Under the pieces are notes generated by a model. It was not told the DNA's origin. It saw only the letters and a list, made by a program, of their open reading frames with translations, and searched no databases. From the NCBI GenBank assembly GCA_000165425.1, contig CT868660.1:496001-560000 (forward strand): DNA of 64,000 nt, read 5' to 3'. Every line of letters starts with the position of its first letter. Within the stretch, counting starts at the first letter, position 1. A program made the position numbers and the translations under genes. The DNA comes from Paramecium tetraurelia (lineage: Eukaryota). Below, in pieces: positions 1 through 13,728 of the stretch.

Positions 1-318
1 TAAATCATAGGATTCAAAAATAGTTAAGAACCTGCATAGTTTCAGTTATTTTTGACTTTTTATATCAATTTATTCTCATCTTAATCCGTCTAAAAATATA
101 GCTAATTAATTTTTAATTCCTCTAGTGATACCTTCCATTTAATTTTATGTCACTTTCTTAATGATCTATCTATAAAAATAGGTTTAGTTGATATTTTATA
201 AATTGGTGAATCTCCTCCATTGTTGAATCCAATGAAATTTTACACTTTTATGGTTCCTTAGTCATAAACTCCTACTTTTGATGATACTAGACTTGACAAA
301 TTTCCTAACTCAAATTGA
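1..318 (+). CDS. Possible 3' end of a hypothetical gene entering the window
   Basis: Frame 1 is open under code 6 from base 1 to TGA at 316-318 (QIIGFKNSQEPAQ...DDTRLDKFPNSN*). No recognisable motif; with only one stop codon an ORF this long can arise by chance. Confidence 0.3.
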
Positions 319-536
319 TTATGCATGAATTTTAGATAGCATTTAATTTTTAAATTTTATTAAACCATAAACTACTTCAATTGTTGAAAATGGATCAAAA
401 TTAATGATCAACCAAACCATTGTTAATTAAAATCAAGGTCTAAGTTAAATATCTACTATTGAATTTCTAGCTTGCTTATAAATTGGATTATAAAATACTA
501 GATTATTTTACTCTTATTAAAATTACATAAATAATT

Positions 537-1635
537 ATGTTCAAAGTCAAGATTCTCCAATTATTCGATTCCTTTGTATTAAATACTGTCGGCCCATACT
601 ATAGGAGAATTGGAAAAAGCTTGCTTTCCTAAGGAAACGACATGCTTGGAAGCGAAGCTAGTGATGATCGTTTAGTGTAGTGTTTGAGATAAGTGCAAAC
701 TAATGGTCAAACTCCCTAAATCAGCGATGCTTTATTTACTGCCCCCAATTCTGTTTTGGTTGGAAATGTTATCTTGAAACAGAAGTACTCTTAGACATGT
801 TCAACCTTAGCTCCTCTGTCTGGTATGGTGCCACTTTACGTGCTGATCAAAATGCTATAACAGTAGGCAAGAATGCTTTAATTCAGGATAATGTCTATGT
901 GAAAGCAACGTAACCAGTGACTTTAGGAAATAACTCTTATGTAGGACCAAATTCAAATTTATAAGGATGTTTAATTGGCGATGATGCATTTATTGGAATG
1001 GGATCTACAATTAAATAAGGTGCTTCGGTGTAAGGAATCGTGGCTGCTGGATCCCTTGTACCAGAGGGCACTCAAATTAAATAAGGAGAGGTTTGGGCTG
1101 GATCTCCTGCCAAGTATTTAAGAGACATCACCCCTCAAGAATTGCAAATCCTTAGGGAGTACAAATAAGAATTATTGGAATTGGCATAAGTTCATGGCGA
1201 AGAAACATCCAAGAATTTCAGACAAGTATTTTCAAATTACATTCTAGGTTGTTATTGATACTGATGAGAGACTAATAAAATAATCAAGAGGAACTGAAGA
1301 AGAGGCTCTATAAAAAATAGCTGAATTGAACTTCCCTTTAGAATATGAAGATGAAGAATTTATTGAATAGAGAGTGTTTATGAAACAATAACCTCCCATG
1401 TTCATGGACTCTGAAAATCTTTTTAGTCAACAAGATTAATATGAATAAGATCTAAGTTAATTTTCTGAAAGTATTCATAAATCCAAAACTCCTAGATATG
1501 TAAAAATACAGTGAAGATTATTAAATTTATGAAGAGGCTAAAAAGTACTTTGAATCAAACCCATAAGCTAAAGCCAATCAATTCCAACCAAAAAATGAAA
1601 TTCCTGACGAAAAACCATGGAGCAGAAAATATTGA
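537..1635 (+). CDS. Gamma carbonic anhydrase-like protein (left-handed beta-helix; probable mitochondrial complex I subunit)
   Basis: MFKVKILQLF...APNSVLVGNVILKQN/SSVWYGATLRADQNAITVGKNALIQDNV...GCLIGDDAFIGMGSTI...VAAGSLVPEGTQIKQGEVWAGSPAKYLRDI. Hexapeptide repeats and the WAGSPAK motif. Three tiny introns, the first at 785-810. Confidence 0.9.
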
Positions 1636-2097
1636 TCTATTAAACATCAAATAAAATTTCATCAAAACTCCTTTGAACATTTAAATTATTATACCCTTAA
1701 AAATTAAAATAGAAAATTATGAATTCATTCATTGCCATTTTCTAAATATTGCGAATTATTTCTATTCATAATCATTAAAAATCAAAAGTAATAATTTAAA
1801 TGTATCTATGCATAAAAAAAGAAAGGAGCAATTATATGCAACTATTCTAATAAAAAGGGGAAGTATATTATTCAGTTTTTTCATTACTTTAAGAAAGATA
1901 ATGAATTCTATACAACCGCAAAAACTAATTCAGTATGTAATGGCAAATTTATTATTATAGAATAAGTTTAAATTTATAAATCTAAATATTTACTTTAGTC
2001 TTATAATCACTAAAATAAAGGGGGGATTAATAGAAAATGGCAGACTTTATATTGTTTGAGGAATATAAATTAATAATAATAATCAAATTCCATATTA

Positions 2098-2662
2098 TCA
2101 TTTTAAGCTCCTAAATTCTTATGCTACTTTTTCCATTTCTGAATTATTTAGTGATTTCCAAAAAATCTATTTTTAAAGGAGCCAAACATGCATCAATAAC
2201 ATCTTATAAATCTATTGAAGTGTCGACTTTGAATTTATTGAAGATTCTTCCAATAGATGATTTTTAAGGAATAAATCTAGATGCGTTATCATTTATAAAA
2301 AGAGAGTATCATTCAAATTATACACATTTCCATATTGCCAAATCATTTTCAAAGGAACACTCCACCATCGTTGATTTAATCTATAAATGAATCTTGGTCT
2401 TACTATGATTAAGCTATTATTGCTAAAAATGTTAATTCTGAAGAATACTTGGTAGAGATTCAAAATATGTTATTCTACTTCTTGTTTAGTAGTTAATTAT
2501 CTTTTAAAAAGGGTGGATGAGCAGAACCACTCACATAAGCAAACTTTACATTTGCATTGATCAATTCTTTCACATCATTAAAAGCAGTGTCTCTATTCAT
2601 TTATTCATAAGTGCCTTGTTCCCCTCTAAATTATTCAATATGAACTTAAGGGTTTAAACATT
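2098..2662 (-). CDS. Hypothetical protein (exon structure uncertain)
   Basis: Coding-like minus-strand segments (MNRDTAFNDVKELINANVKFAYVSGSAHPPFL...; RFIYRLNQRWWSVPLKMIWQYGNVYNL...) joinable through putative tiny introns. No domain recognised. Confidence 0.4.
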
Positions 2663-3037
2663 TAAGAATTAAATTAATAATCTTATATTGATCTATCATT
2701 AAGAATGATATCATTATCTAAAACTCCTACAACATTTATATATTAATTCTGGTTAAATAAAAGTTGAAATATTTATCATTTATAAAAATTGATAATGAAA
2801 TTTGATCACTAAATACTTTAATTGAAAAATCATTTATAGATGATAAAATACAATGGGTTTAATCTCAGCTATTTAGAAAAAACCATTACTATTTAATAAC
2901 TTAATATTTAAATATACTCTTCTAAGAATAGAATTTAACAAACATACAAGACAAAAGTAATTTATTTGTGTATATACAATACTATTAATAATAAATTCTA
3001 TTAATGGAATTTTTGAAAACATTGATAAATCAATACA

Positions 3038-4612
3038 TCATTTATAATTATGAGGTGTAACCATGAAATTAACTAAACCAGTCTCCTGATCTTTTTTATA
3101 TTTTCTAAATGCACTTGGACTGTAACCACCAATTCCAAATTTACTGGTTGGGGATTTGTAGTCCTTTTAAATCTCAAAAGCTTCTCCAATATTGATTTCC
3201 AAATCCGAATCTTGAGTAGCTTATTAATTAAATATATATTTATCAGCATTTGCATCTAAAATTATTTTTGTAATTTACTAATTTTCTTCTATAATTGTGA
3301 AGCAATTGTATCAAGGGTTTTCTCTTTGCATTAAGTATATGGTTTTGTAATGACAATTGGCACAAAATTGGATTTACTTAAGGGATTATCATCCAAACCT
3401 AATTCTTCCTGATATGGATTTATAGGTTTCTAAAAGAATATCTATCTTGGAGTCAATACAGGGAAGGCCGGAGTCATTTACTGATTATTTGGACTGTTGT
3501 TTCCCTAATAATCGTAGATGTATTATTGATGATAATTGTTAGAAGATTGCTACTAAGAATAATAATTAAAAAGTCTTTACTTCTTCATTATCCTGCTGGA
3601 TTTCGAATTCATCTCGAATGATATTGAATAGTGGACCTTTTTTGGTTCTGATACATATATCTATGTAATCTTCTTTATCAATATGCTAGAAATGAGATGT
3701 AAATTCTACCACTTTCTTTTTTGCATTGAGTCTCGAGGATCTCTTGAGTGGAACATAGTTGCTAATTTCTTCGTATTTGTAATCACTAGTATAATCATCA
3801 TCGTCATCATCATCATCAATTCTGCTTTTTCTCTTCTTATGATTTTTCTTCTTCAGTTTTAATCTGCTTTCTCTTTATTTTGTGTAGAGGGCACTTGATG
3901 ATAATAATTACAAGAAAATACTTGAATTCCATAATTTTGTCAATAAGTTATTTGAACTTGTCTTCATTGAATTGATTTATTTGAGATTTCTATTTGGATT
4001 AAGCAAATTCTAAGATGGAGTCTTAGAGTCCTTTACAAGCTTAACATAACCTTTTCATATGATCATCTTTTAATTCAGATGGATTTTTTTCTGCAAGTAT
4101 GAAAATCTTAGACAATACTCCTGGCTTGATATCCTTGATCTGTTGGGTACCCTTTTCTTTGCTAAATATATAATCATGCCAATTACTGTTCTTATCTCCG
4201 ATGAGTTTATTGATTCTCCTGAGACTTCTTCTTAAAGTGGAATAAAAATGGTTTTTTATTGCATTGTCTGTTCGCCCTGGTAACAGTTTCGCAATTTCTG
4301 CCTAAAAATTTTATTCAACATTTTATCATACCCACTTATTGCCATGTTCTTTGTGAGCGACAAAGATCACTCTTTCTTCATTTTCACTCCAAGGCTCCTT
4401 ATTGATTGTTGGATCAAGGTGATTGTGATAACGTTCTCTACATTACTTCCCAGACCTCCCAAATAATCCATACACTTCCTTCATCTTTTCAGCCACAATT
4501 GTCCACTTCTTAATTCCATACTGCTTTACTAACTGTAGGATTGCAATATCCTCCTAAAATAAAGGAATCTAAAGGTACATACTTTTTAATTCCAAGCCTT
4601 TCTATCAGTCAT
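3038..4612 (-). CDS. R2R3-type Myb DNA-binding protein
   Basis: MTDRKAWNQK/EDIAILQLVKQYGIKKWTIVAEKM...GRSGKQCRERYHNHLDPTINKEPWSENEERVIFVAHKEHGNKW/AEIAKLLPGRTDNAIKNHFYSTLRR. Two tiny introns in the repeats; acidic, low-complexity C-terminus; TGA at 3038-3040. Confidence 0.93.
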
Positions 4613-5480
4613 ATTTAAATAATTAATTAAATAACTTCATCCATTATTTCACTTAAAAAACAAAAAGAATACCCAAGAACTATCAGTATTTGATATTCTC
4701 AAAATATGTTTGATTTTATTCTAAAGAATAATAATTCTATAAGCTCTTTTTATAAATCAAATATATTTCAATTTTGTTGAAATCAATTATCATTCCACAA
4801 GTTGATTTTTCAATATGATGAAAAAATTGTTGAAAATATGGATCAACATCAATAGTATATATAAAATAAGTCAATTATTATTTAATTCAAGTCTAGAACT
4901 CACTAATTTTATAAGTTAATTTTTTAGAGAGCCAGACTATATCAATTAATTTTAAACATAACCATACTAATTGAGAGATAGATAGAGAAATTCGTATTTA
5001 GTCTTTTGTTATTAGTGTCAATCACAAGCGTCCTTTATAATAATTCCAGTTTTAGAGTATTCTATTAAGATAGAGCAATTAATATAATTAACTATGATAT
5101 ATTATAAACTAAGAATCAATATATGTTATAAACTAAACTGCATGAGGAAGTCAAATAATGCTAATTATAAATATATTTTTGTATTTGTTTCTATACATAA
5201 CTGTTTCAATTTTGAATTTTTACAGTTTTTTTGACATTCAAAACATTTAAAAGAATTTGATTAAATCAGAAGGGTGCTATAAATTTAATTATTAATCAAT
5301 TCAGCATTGAAAATTACAACTGCAGACTAAAATTGTTTTGATTGCCGTGAATTTCAACAAATTCAATATATTTATTTTCATTATTTCAACAATAAAATGA
5401 TGTAAGTATAATGACACTCTCATCCAGTATATCAATTATTATTTTTTCAAAATAATCTATAAATTATTCATATAAACATT

Positions 5481-6883
5481 TCAATCCAAATAAAGTTTAC
5501 TAATAATTCCATTTAATGGTTTTGTGTCAACTTCTGATTGGTCATCACTCATTGAACTCACATTACCTGAAGATGAAGAACTTGTAACTTATTACTTACA
5601 AATGATAATTGAAAGTCCTCCCATTTTTTTCTAGTTTTAATTTTTTTCAAATATAGAATTTGAAGTTCCTTCTTTGCCCTCTGATATTGCTGGTAATTAT
5701 CTTTCTGTTGCATTCTTATTTGTTGAATATACAAAATGTTTCATTGTAGGTTTTCCTTATTTTTAAGGAGACACAGAATCTAAAATTGAATCATCCTTTT
5801 TTTGTTATGAAATAAATGCCATATCCCCAACACTTCCAGCATGTTTTAATTTACTAATTCTGATAGGACTTGGAGATCTACTATTTTTGTTTTTAGGTTT
5901 GAGTAAAGGAATCCAATCAAATTGTAATTGTAGGTCATGTTAGCCTAATAATTGAAAAAATGGTTATTTCAATTAATCATAATTTGGAAATTCGTGAGGT
6001 TAAAGTAATCTTATTCCATGGTACAATTATAGGAACTGTTCTGGAAATCCCTTTAATTCTCTTTCAGGAACAAATCTTTGTTTAATTTCATAATAATATT
6101 TGAGTTTTTCCTATCGTTCCACATTTGGTTGGGAATGCAAAAATTTTCCTAAGGTAATGATATGTAACAAAATATAGAACAAGGACTCTAAGTCATCTCT
6201 TGGACAAGGAACTTTATATTCTGATATTAAAGTACATTGTTATAAATGAGTGCCTATGGATGAGAATTTATTAATATACAAGTTGAGTTTATTCTTTTAT
6301 TTTATTAAGATTTTCCCATTTTTATCCATATATTTTGATGAATATTCAAAGTGGGTGAAATATATTTCTGATTAAAGAGTGCTAATTAAATTGGATAGTT
6401 TTAAGCATCTATGAATTATATTCAAAGAATGCAATTATTAGAGATGAGTGATCTAAATTTAGTAAATTCAGAATTACCATTTTTAATGCAACCAAAGCAA
6501 TAGTCGAAATTGAAAACTTTCGCTTCATTAGTTAAAAACACAATTTAAATGAAGGTCCTGCTTTCTATTGTACAATATAATGATAAGATGTTTCTCCTAC
6601 TTTGAGAATTCCAAATTGATGAATTTTAGGAGTGATACCATCTTATTTAGAGTATGAATCTTACTGTCACTAGTCTTTTTATATAATCTGCAATAACATT
6701 ATGACTGATTAGTAACCTATTTTAATGTGTTCCAATCTATACTATTTATACTAGTATGTCACCACTTTTTTGATCATCCTTAGTTAACACTGCATTATAG
6801 TAAACAGAGTTTCTACCAGTATAATAAAGTGATGTTAGCAGATATTGATCATCAATAATAACGGGTTTATCATTTTTAAACAT
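5481..6883 (-). CDS. Casein kinase 1-like protein, predicted pseudokinase
   Basis: CK1-like motifs GITPKIHQFG, YIVQQKAGPSFK, KFSISTIALVALKM, LHSLNIIHR and PCPRDDLESLFYIL. Catalytic motifs are degenerate (HRCLKLSN; THFE in place of DFG). Tiny introns present. Confidence 0.75.
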
Positions 6884-6925
6884 TTTGAAACTTAATTAAT
6901 CTAAAATAATTAACAATATATAAAA

Positions 6926-7324
6926 ATGGACCTAGTAGTCTTCAACAACGAACTTAGATTCAAGGTGAAATCCATATTTTCATGTTGGTTATATAATAGT
7001 GATTCATTCTGGAAGCCTTAACTTACTGGTTCTCAGTGATATCTTAATCCTTCCTTAGAACAGAAATTTAGTAACAGTCTAATCCTATCTTAATCATTTT
7101 ATATTTATAACAAAGTTGTTCCAACAAAAATAATTTAAGATTTTAGAGCAGATTCTGAAAGCGATAAAAGTGCTTTATTGTACTTCCTTTTTAAGAACTA
7201 TTTTAATGGCTCTTATAAAATAGAATAATTAAATGAACCTTTATTCTATTTTAAAGATGTTACTCAAGAGTTTTCAAATAGCAAAATGAATTTAGAGTTT
7301 GATCAAAAACAAACTCAAAATTGA
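6926..7324 (+). CDS. Small hypothetical protein
   Basis: ATG 6926 (MDLVVFNNELRFKVKSIFSCWLYNSDSFWKPQ), one putative tiny intron near 7030-7058, second exon open to TGA 7322-7324. Divergent from the CK1-like gene. Confidence 0.45.
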
Positions 7325-7478
7325 AATTATATGAATTGGAATTGAATATAAAATTCTGTTACATATTCGAATATTATTGTAAATTTATCAGTGAGGAGTG
7401 TTTGAAAAGACAATTATTGTGTAAATTGAAAAGTTGTGATTTTAATTTTTGAATTCTCTAGAAATAGTTAATTTAATA

Positions 7479-9566
7479 ATGTTATAAAATACAGCATTTT
7501 CGGTGGGATGGCTTGGATCTTAACCTATCATTTCAATCTCGCTTTTGCGATATCTTGTGAAAACAGATGTTGCTGCTCTTTATGCTTCTTAGTTTTTCAT
7601 TAGACTGTGGTGTATTGTTGCTTTCCTAATAGCTTTCATTTAGTAAATATTATGTTTAACATCATTAGCAAAATTTTAAGTCTTCAACATCCCACTAAGA
7701 ATTCACCTCATGAGTTAGCTTAGCCATTTAGATTTTCCTTTTCTCTTGTTTTCACCTGTGCAATATTTGAATTCATTCAATTGGCATTAACAATTCACGC
7801 AGTAACAATCGTATAAAATATCAGTTAGCCTATTACAGCATTGTTCATTATTTAGCTCTTTACTAGTTATTCAGAGCCTTCTTTAGAAGTTGGATAAACA
7901 ATGTGACTCCGAATACAATATTCTGTTCATTTTTATTAATGGCCTTAGTCTATTTGCTAGAAGATTGGTTAGTACTAATTCCTGGCACTGCTTTTTAAAA
8001 CAAATATCTTTCTATTAAAAAATCGTTTGATTGGTAACCTCTTATAATGGTTATTTGTGCAGCAGCCTCGCATACTCTTGGCATTTGGATATTCAAGGTT
8101 TTGTCAATGAAAATGCATTAAACTTAAAAAGCCTTCATCGACAGGGTTTCTTGGTCTAACTACATAGCCGATGAACCCGACAAAATCACCTATAGTTTAT
8201 GCGTAGTCAATAGTTTGTTCAGCAAATATTTAGAGGCTTAATTGAGAATACATTGTGAGACTAATTCCATGTAAATCGATGGACTCTCTTAAAAGGAACT
8301 CCGATCTTTAATCAAGGATTATTTTGATAACCATCTAACTTACAGTTTTCAGTATATGGAGTAATTCAAGATATTCAATTTCAACAAAGAAGGTAATTTA
8401 GATGTAATATCTGATAAGCCATTGATGATCCTGCCATTTATAAGGAAGAAGATACGTTACTTAGAAGATTGATTAGGGAGAAGATCTATGAAATCTAGCT
8501 TGAGCATCAAAGATACAAGGAATTATTTGGATCTGATAAGTATCTTAATCTCTAATTCGAAATTCTATTTGAAGATTATGGTATACATGAATACATTTGG
8601 GATGACGAAACACCCTATATTTAATTGATAATTTCATTTTTTGAGGGAATCTTTTGTTTCTGTGCTGCCTTCTATAACCATGAATACGATGACTTATTTT
8701 CAAATGGATACGATGTATAAATGTCCCATGTTTCTTATTATGTATGGATAACTATATTTTTGGGGGTTTTTTAATTGCTAAAAATATTGTAATGATTTAA
8801 AAATAATAATAGCTCATTTAAAGTGATGTTCTTGTGGAATGTTCAAACTTATTTTTTCAGTGGGATTTTCACCGAGTTAATAGTTGTGTATATTACAATG
8901 CTTTGGATTGAACCTGTTGGATATCTATAAGTCTTAGGCTTAATCTTATCCTATGCCATAATGTGTGTATTGTATAGATCTGCTGAAAAGGTGAGAGATC
9001 AAAGTAAACTTAATTATAATTATATTAGAGAACAAACTCTTTTATTTGAGTTTTATAACTTTCTTAATAAGAGTCCAGAAATTTACTGTTAGAGAAGGAT
9101 CTTAAATAATCCAAATGATGTCCTTATGTGCAGAAAGACTAAGTCTCAATGAATTTTTAAAGGTTTTGGCTTAAATTCTCTGTACTCACGGCAGATAGTT
9201 AGTTATGATTAATTAAGATAAATCAAATTTAGTCATTTTGGAGAGAGTCCTTTCTTTTAATTTTAGATTCCGTTTATCTTTCAATCTCAACTTAGATATG
9301 AAAACAACATTGAAGATCCCTATCTTCCTGAATTTGATGATGAACATCTACTTAGAGAAGAGGACAAACAAACAAAGTTTGAGAGGTAATCATACATTCT
9401 ATTATTAAGATATGTTATTGATAGCAAATACGAGAATGAGAAATAATCAGTGAAGGATGAAGTCAAATAGTAAGTTATGGAAATTAGAAAATTGAATAAA
9501 TCAAAAATACTTTAAAGCAACATCTAGCAATCAAGAATTGTTTAAATTGATGATCATCAAGAGTGA
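7479..9566 (+). CDS. Multi-pass membrane protein, weakly DMT/EamA-like, with a large internal loop and a long C-terminal tail
   Basis: Two clusters of hydrophobic helices. The second ends LWIEPVGYLQVLGLILSYAIMCVLY, resembling the EamA C-terminal E-x5-Q-x-x-G pattern. At least three tiny introns; TGA 9564-9566. Confidence 0.6.
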
Positions 9567-9604
9567 ATTTCATGAAATAAAATTGATAATTCTAATGAAT
9601 ATTT

Positions 9605-10273
9605 TCATTAGTCTATGTATATTTATCCATTTCCAAATGATTATTGAATTGCACCTTCAACAAAAAGGAATTCAATAGGTCTGCTTCTCATACATTTATT
9701 AGTAACTGTGTAGGCAGTTGTTCCATTTTCTTAGATTAGACTCAATGATCCTCCTTCAGGTAAATGAATGGATAGCACTTCAAAAGGTAATCCAAAGAAT
9801 GTCACATTATCTCCTGGACATGATTTTGCATGTTCTCCCTTGAAATTGCATTCACTAAAAACATAAATACAACCATCTTAGAATGTGGTCACTTTTTCAT
9901 TGCTATAAACTTTCTTCTATTATACGCTATTCTCAAAAAGATGATAGTCTGGTTTCTCTGTAGCTCTGACTGCATTTGGATTTGGTTAATCAATAATGAA
10001 CATTGATTCGACGAATTTGATTGTATGCTCACCAGCTTCAGAGGGTGTTAATTTAAGAGCTTCCTCATAATTCAAGAGGGATGATAACTATTCTTTGATT
10101 GAGTCATCTGAACTTCTCCCCAAAAATGTAGGTAATCCTTTTTTTTTAATTGTATATATTTCTGACGATAAATCCTTTTGCTATTTTCATGTGCTTCTGA
10201 TTTTGTCAAGATAAGCTCTTCTTGAGCTGTCACGATCACTGAGAACAGTGCTAATATGCAGTAATTTTTACAT
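9605..10273 (-). CDS. Secreted protein with a C-terminal beta/gamma-crystallin-like domain (dense-core granule/trichocyst-type); apparent 1-nt frameshift near the start
   Basis: Signal-peptide-like ILALFSVIVTAQEE; C-terminal DGCIYVFSECNFKGEHAKSCPGD...VLSIHLPEGGSLSLIQ...VTNKCM Greek-key motif. The ATG at 10273 is out of frame by one base. Confidence 0.65.
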
Positions 10274-10551
10274 ATTAATAAAAACGGATTTAAAATATAT
10301 ATAATATGTGTCTTGAGGGTTGAATTACTAACAACTTAGTAGAATATACCCTTTGATATTATAATACTTATCACAATATGTATTATTAGCACTTTGTATT
10401 GTGGTTATATGCATAATTCGTACAAATAAATATATGTAAAAATAAAGGATGCATAATATTTGTTTTGGGTATAGAATATTTTTCCAATTATTCTAATATA
10501 CCCTAAGATGTTATAGATGATGAAAATAACAAATTTATTTTATTTCTTACT

Positions 10552-11892
10552 ATGTCGAATAGAAATCAATATAATGAAGAAATATAGAGAAAATTAATTG
10601 AAATAGTAGATACATACGGAGGTAAGAAGTGTAAAAGTTGGACTCAAGTTGCTCGTATTTTTGAATTATAGACTGGAATCAAAGTCTAAAAAACATTCGA
10701 TTTAAAAAAAAAGTCATTAAATATTGTTATCATAGATGGGAAATGTTCACCAATTATAAGGAAGATTTAACGAAAAGTGAACTGAAAGCCTTGTATGCTA
10801 CTGGGGTAAGATGTCGAGGACATCACAAAGCAGGGAACGAAGAGTTCTTCAAACAGACCGGTAAAAAGTAAGAATCGATTATTTATAAATAGATTGTATG
10901 TCAATCAATATAGAAAATTGGTTGGTAATTTCCTATTAGCAGCCATTAAATTATTGAGTCAATCCTATGTGAATCCAAAGAAAGTCAAATGCAGACAATC
11001 AGGCTAGGAGAGATTTCACAACAGAATAGGTTATGTCTCAATCCACATACTATTGAGAGCTGTAGAAATTAATAAGTATCTGGATGATTACTTGGTTTAA
11101 GAATTGAAACGCTCAGCTGAAAAGTTTTAATAATTATTGCTAATACATGCTGAACATCATGAGGATGAAAGAATTGCTAGATTTTCACATTATCATAAAG
11201 TAATTAATAGAAGAGAATTCAAAAAGATTCAATTTTTTCTTGATTATGTTAATGAATTAAAATAAATTAGCATCAATTTGTATTCAGATTAGGTAGGTAG
11301 ACATCCATTATTGTTTCCTTAAATTGATCAAAATAAATAATCAAAGATATACGAATTATTAATTTGGGGAAATGATTGGTAATCAAAGTACAACTTATTT
11401 TAAGAGTGTGCAGCCAAATCAGATTGGGAAGAATATTCAATGTTAATCAAAAAAACAAAAAAAAATGATGATAACAAATAGACCAAAAATAAATCATAAT
11501 AACCCTAATAACAATCCTCTTAAATTATCAATCCAGATTCACTTGAACCTGAAACTTCAAAGTTGAAATTAAATTCATATGATTTAGTATCTACAGCTAC
11601 ACATAAAGTCTGCAATAATGCATCAAAATAGCAAATCAAATAACTGGATAAATAGGAATTGAAATCTTTTAGAGGCCATTACTATAGAGATGGCTAAATT
11701 AGAACAAAAGGATTAACTACAATCTTATTTGATACAGACATGAGATCAGATGAGGATGACCAGGACCAATGTCAAAATATAGAAGAAAATAGAAAAGAGT
11801 TTTTTGATAAAATGGAAGAAATATATGATTGTGTCTTCGGTGGAAAGGCTAGTTTAGTCTCCTTTGAAAAGAGCTTACAATTTCCTAATTGA
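10552..11892 (+). CDS. Hypothetical protein with a degenerate N-terminal Myb/SANT-like domain
   Basis: MSNRNQYNEEIQRKLIEIVDTYGGKKCKSWTQVARIFELQTGIKVQKTFDLKKK/WEMF: Y/W spacing of a SANT repeat. Two tiny introns; TGA 11890-11892. Confidence 0.65.
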
Positions 11893-12400
11893 ATTGTTAC
11901 CATTTTCATTAATTTCATAATATTAATTTTTAATAACCAAAAACTCATTTTCCAAGATTTTTTCATATCAAAAGAAATTATAATCATTTTCTTTTAAAAC
12001 TAACTTAAAATCTCAAATGATTTGAGAATATTAGTAATAATACTTAGATTGTAATCTCCTATTAACTGTTAATGAAATGAAAAACACGATATTATAGCAT
12101 ATAGCAGTCTACAAGAATAAACGAAATCATACCAAATGATTATTTAAATTTAAGAGATTATTTAGGAAGAAAACAACGTAACTTTGTAACCAAAAATGCA
12201 TAATAGTTTTTAGGAAAGTAGTAAACTCTTCAATCTTGTTAAAAATAAGTATTTTTATATTAGATTATATAATGTGTTATGTAATTTATTAGAAATGATA
12301 TTAAATTCAATAAAAAATCATGCGTCATTATTAATAATTCATCATATATATATGTCACATAAATTTATATCATAAGATATATTAAAAATAGTGAAAGACA

Positions 12401-13647
<1,247 letters not shown>

Positions 13648-13728
13648 TAATTTACAAAAATTATATGTAAATTTATTGTAAATATATATTTAATTTTATA
13701 ATTAATTGCCTTTATGCGCAATGTTGCT

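Noticed and set aside
1640..2090. Possible small plus-strand gene after the gamma-CA gene
   Set aside because: No convincing start, motif or intron pattern. Open frames of this length are common when TGA is the only stop.
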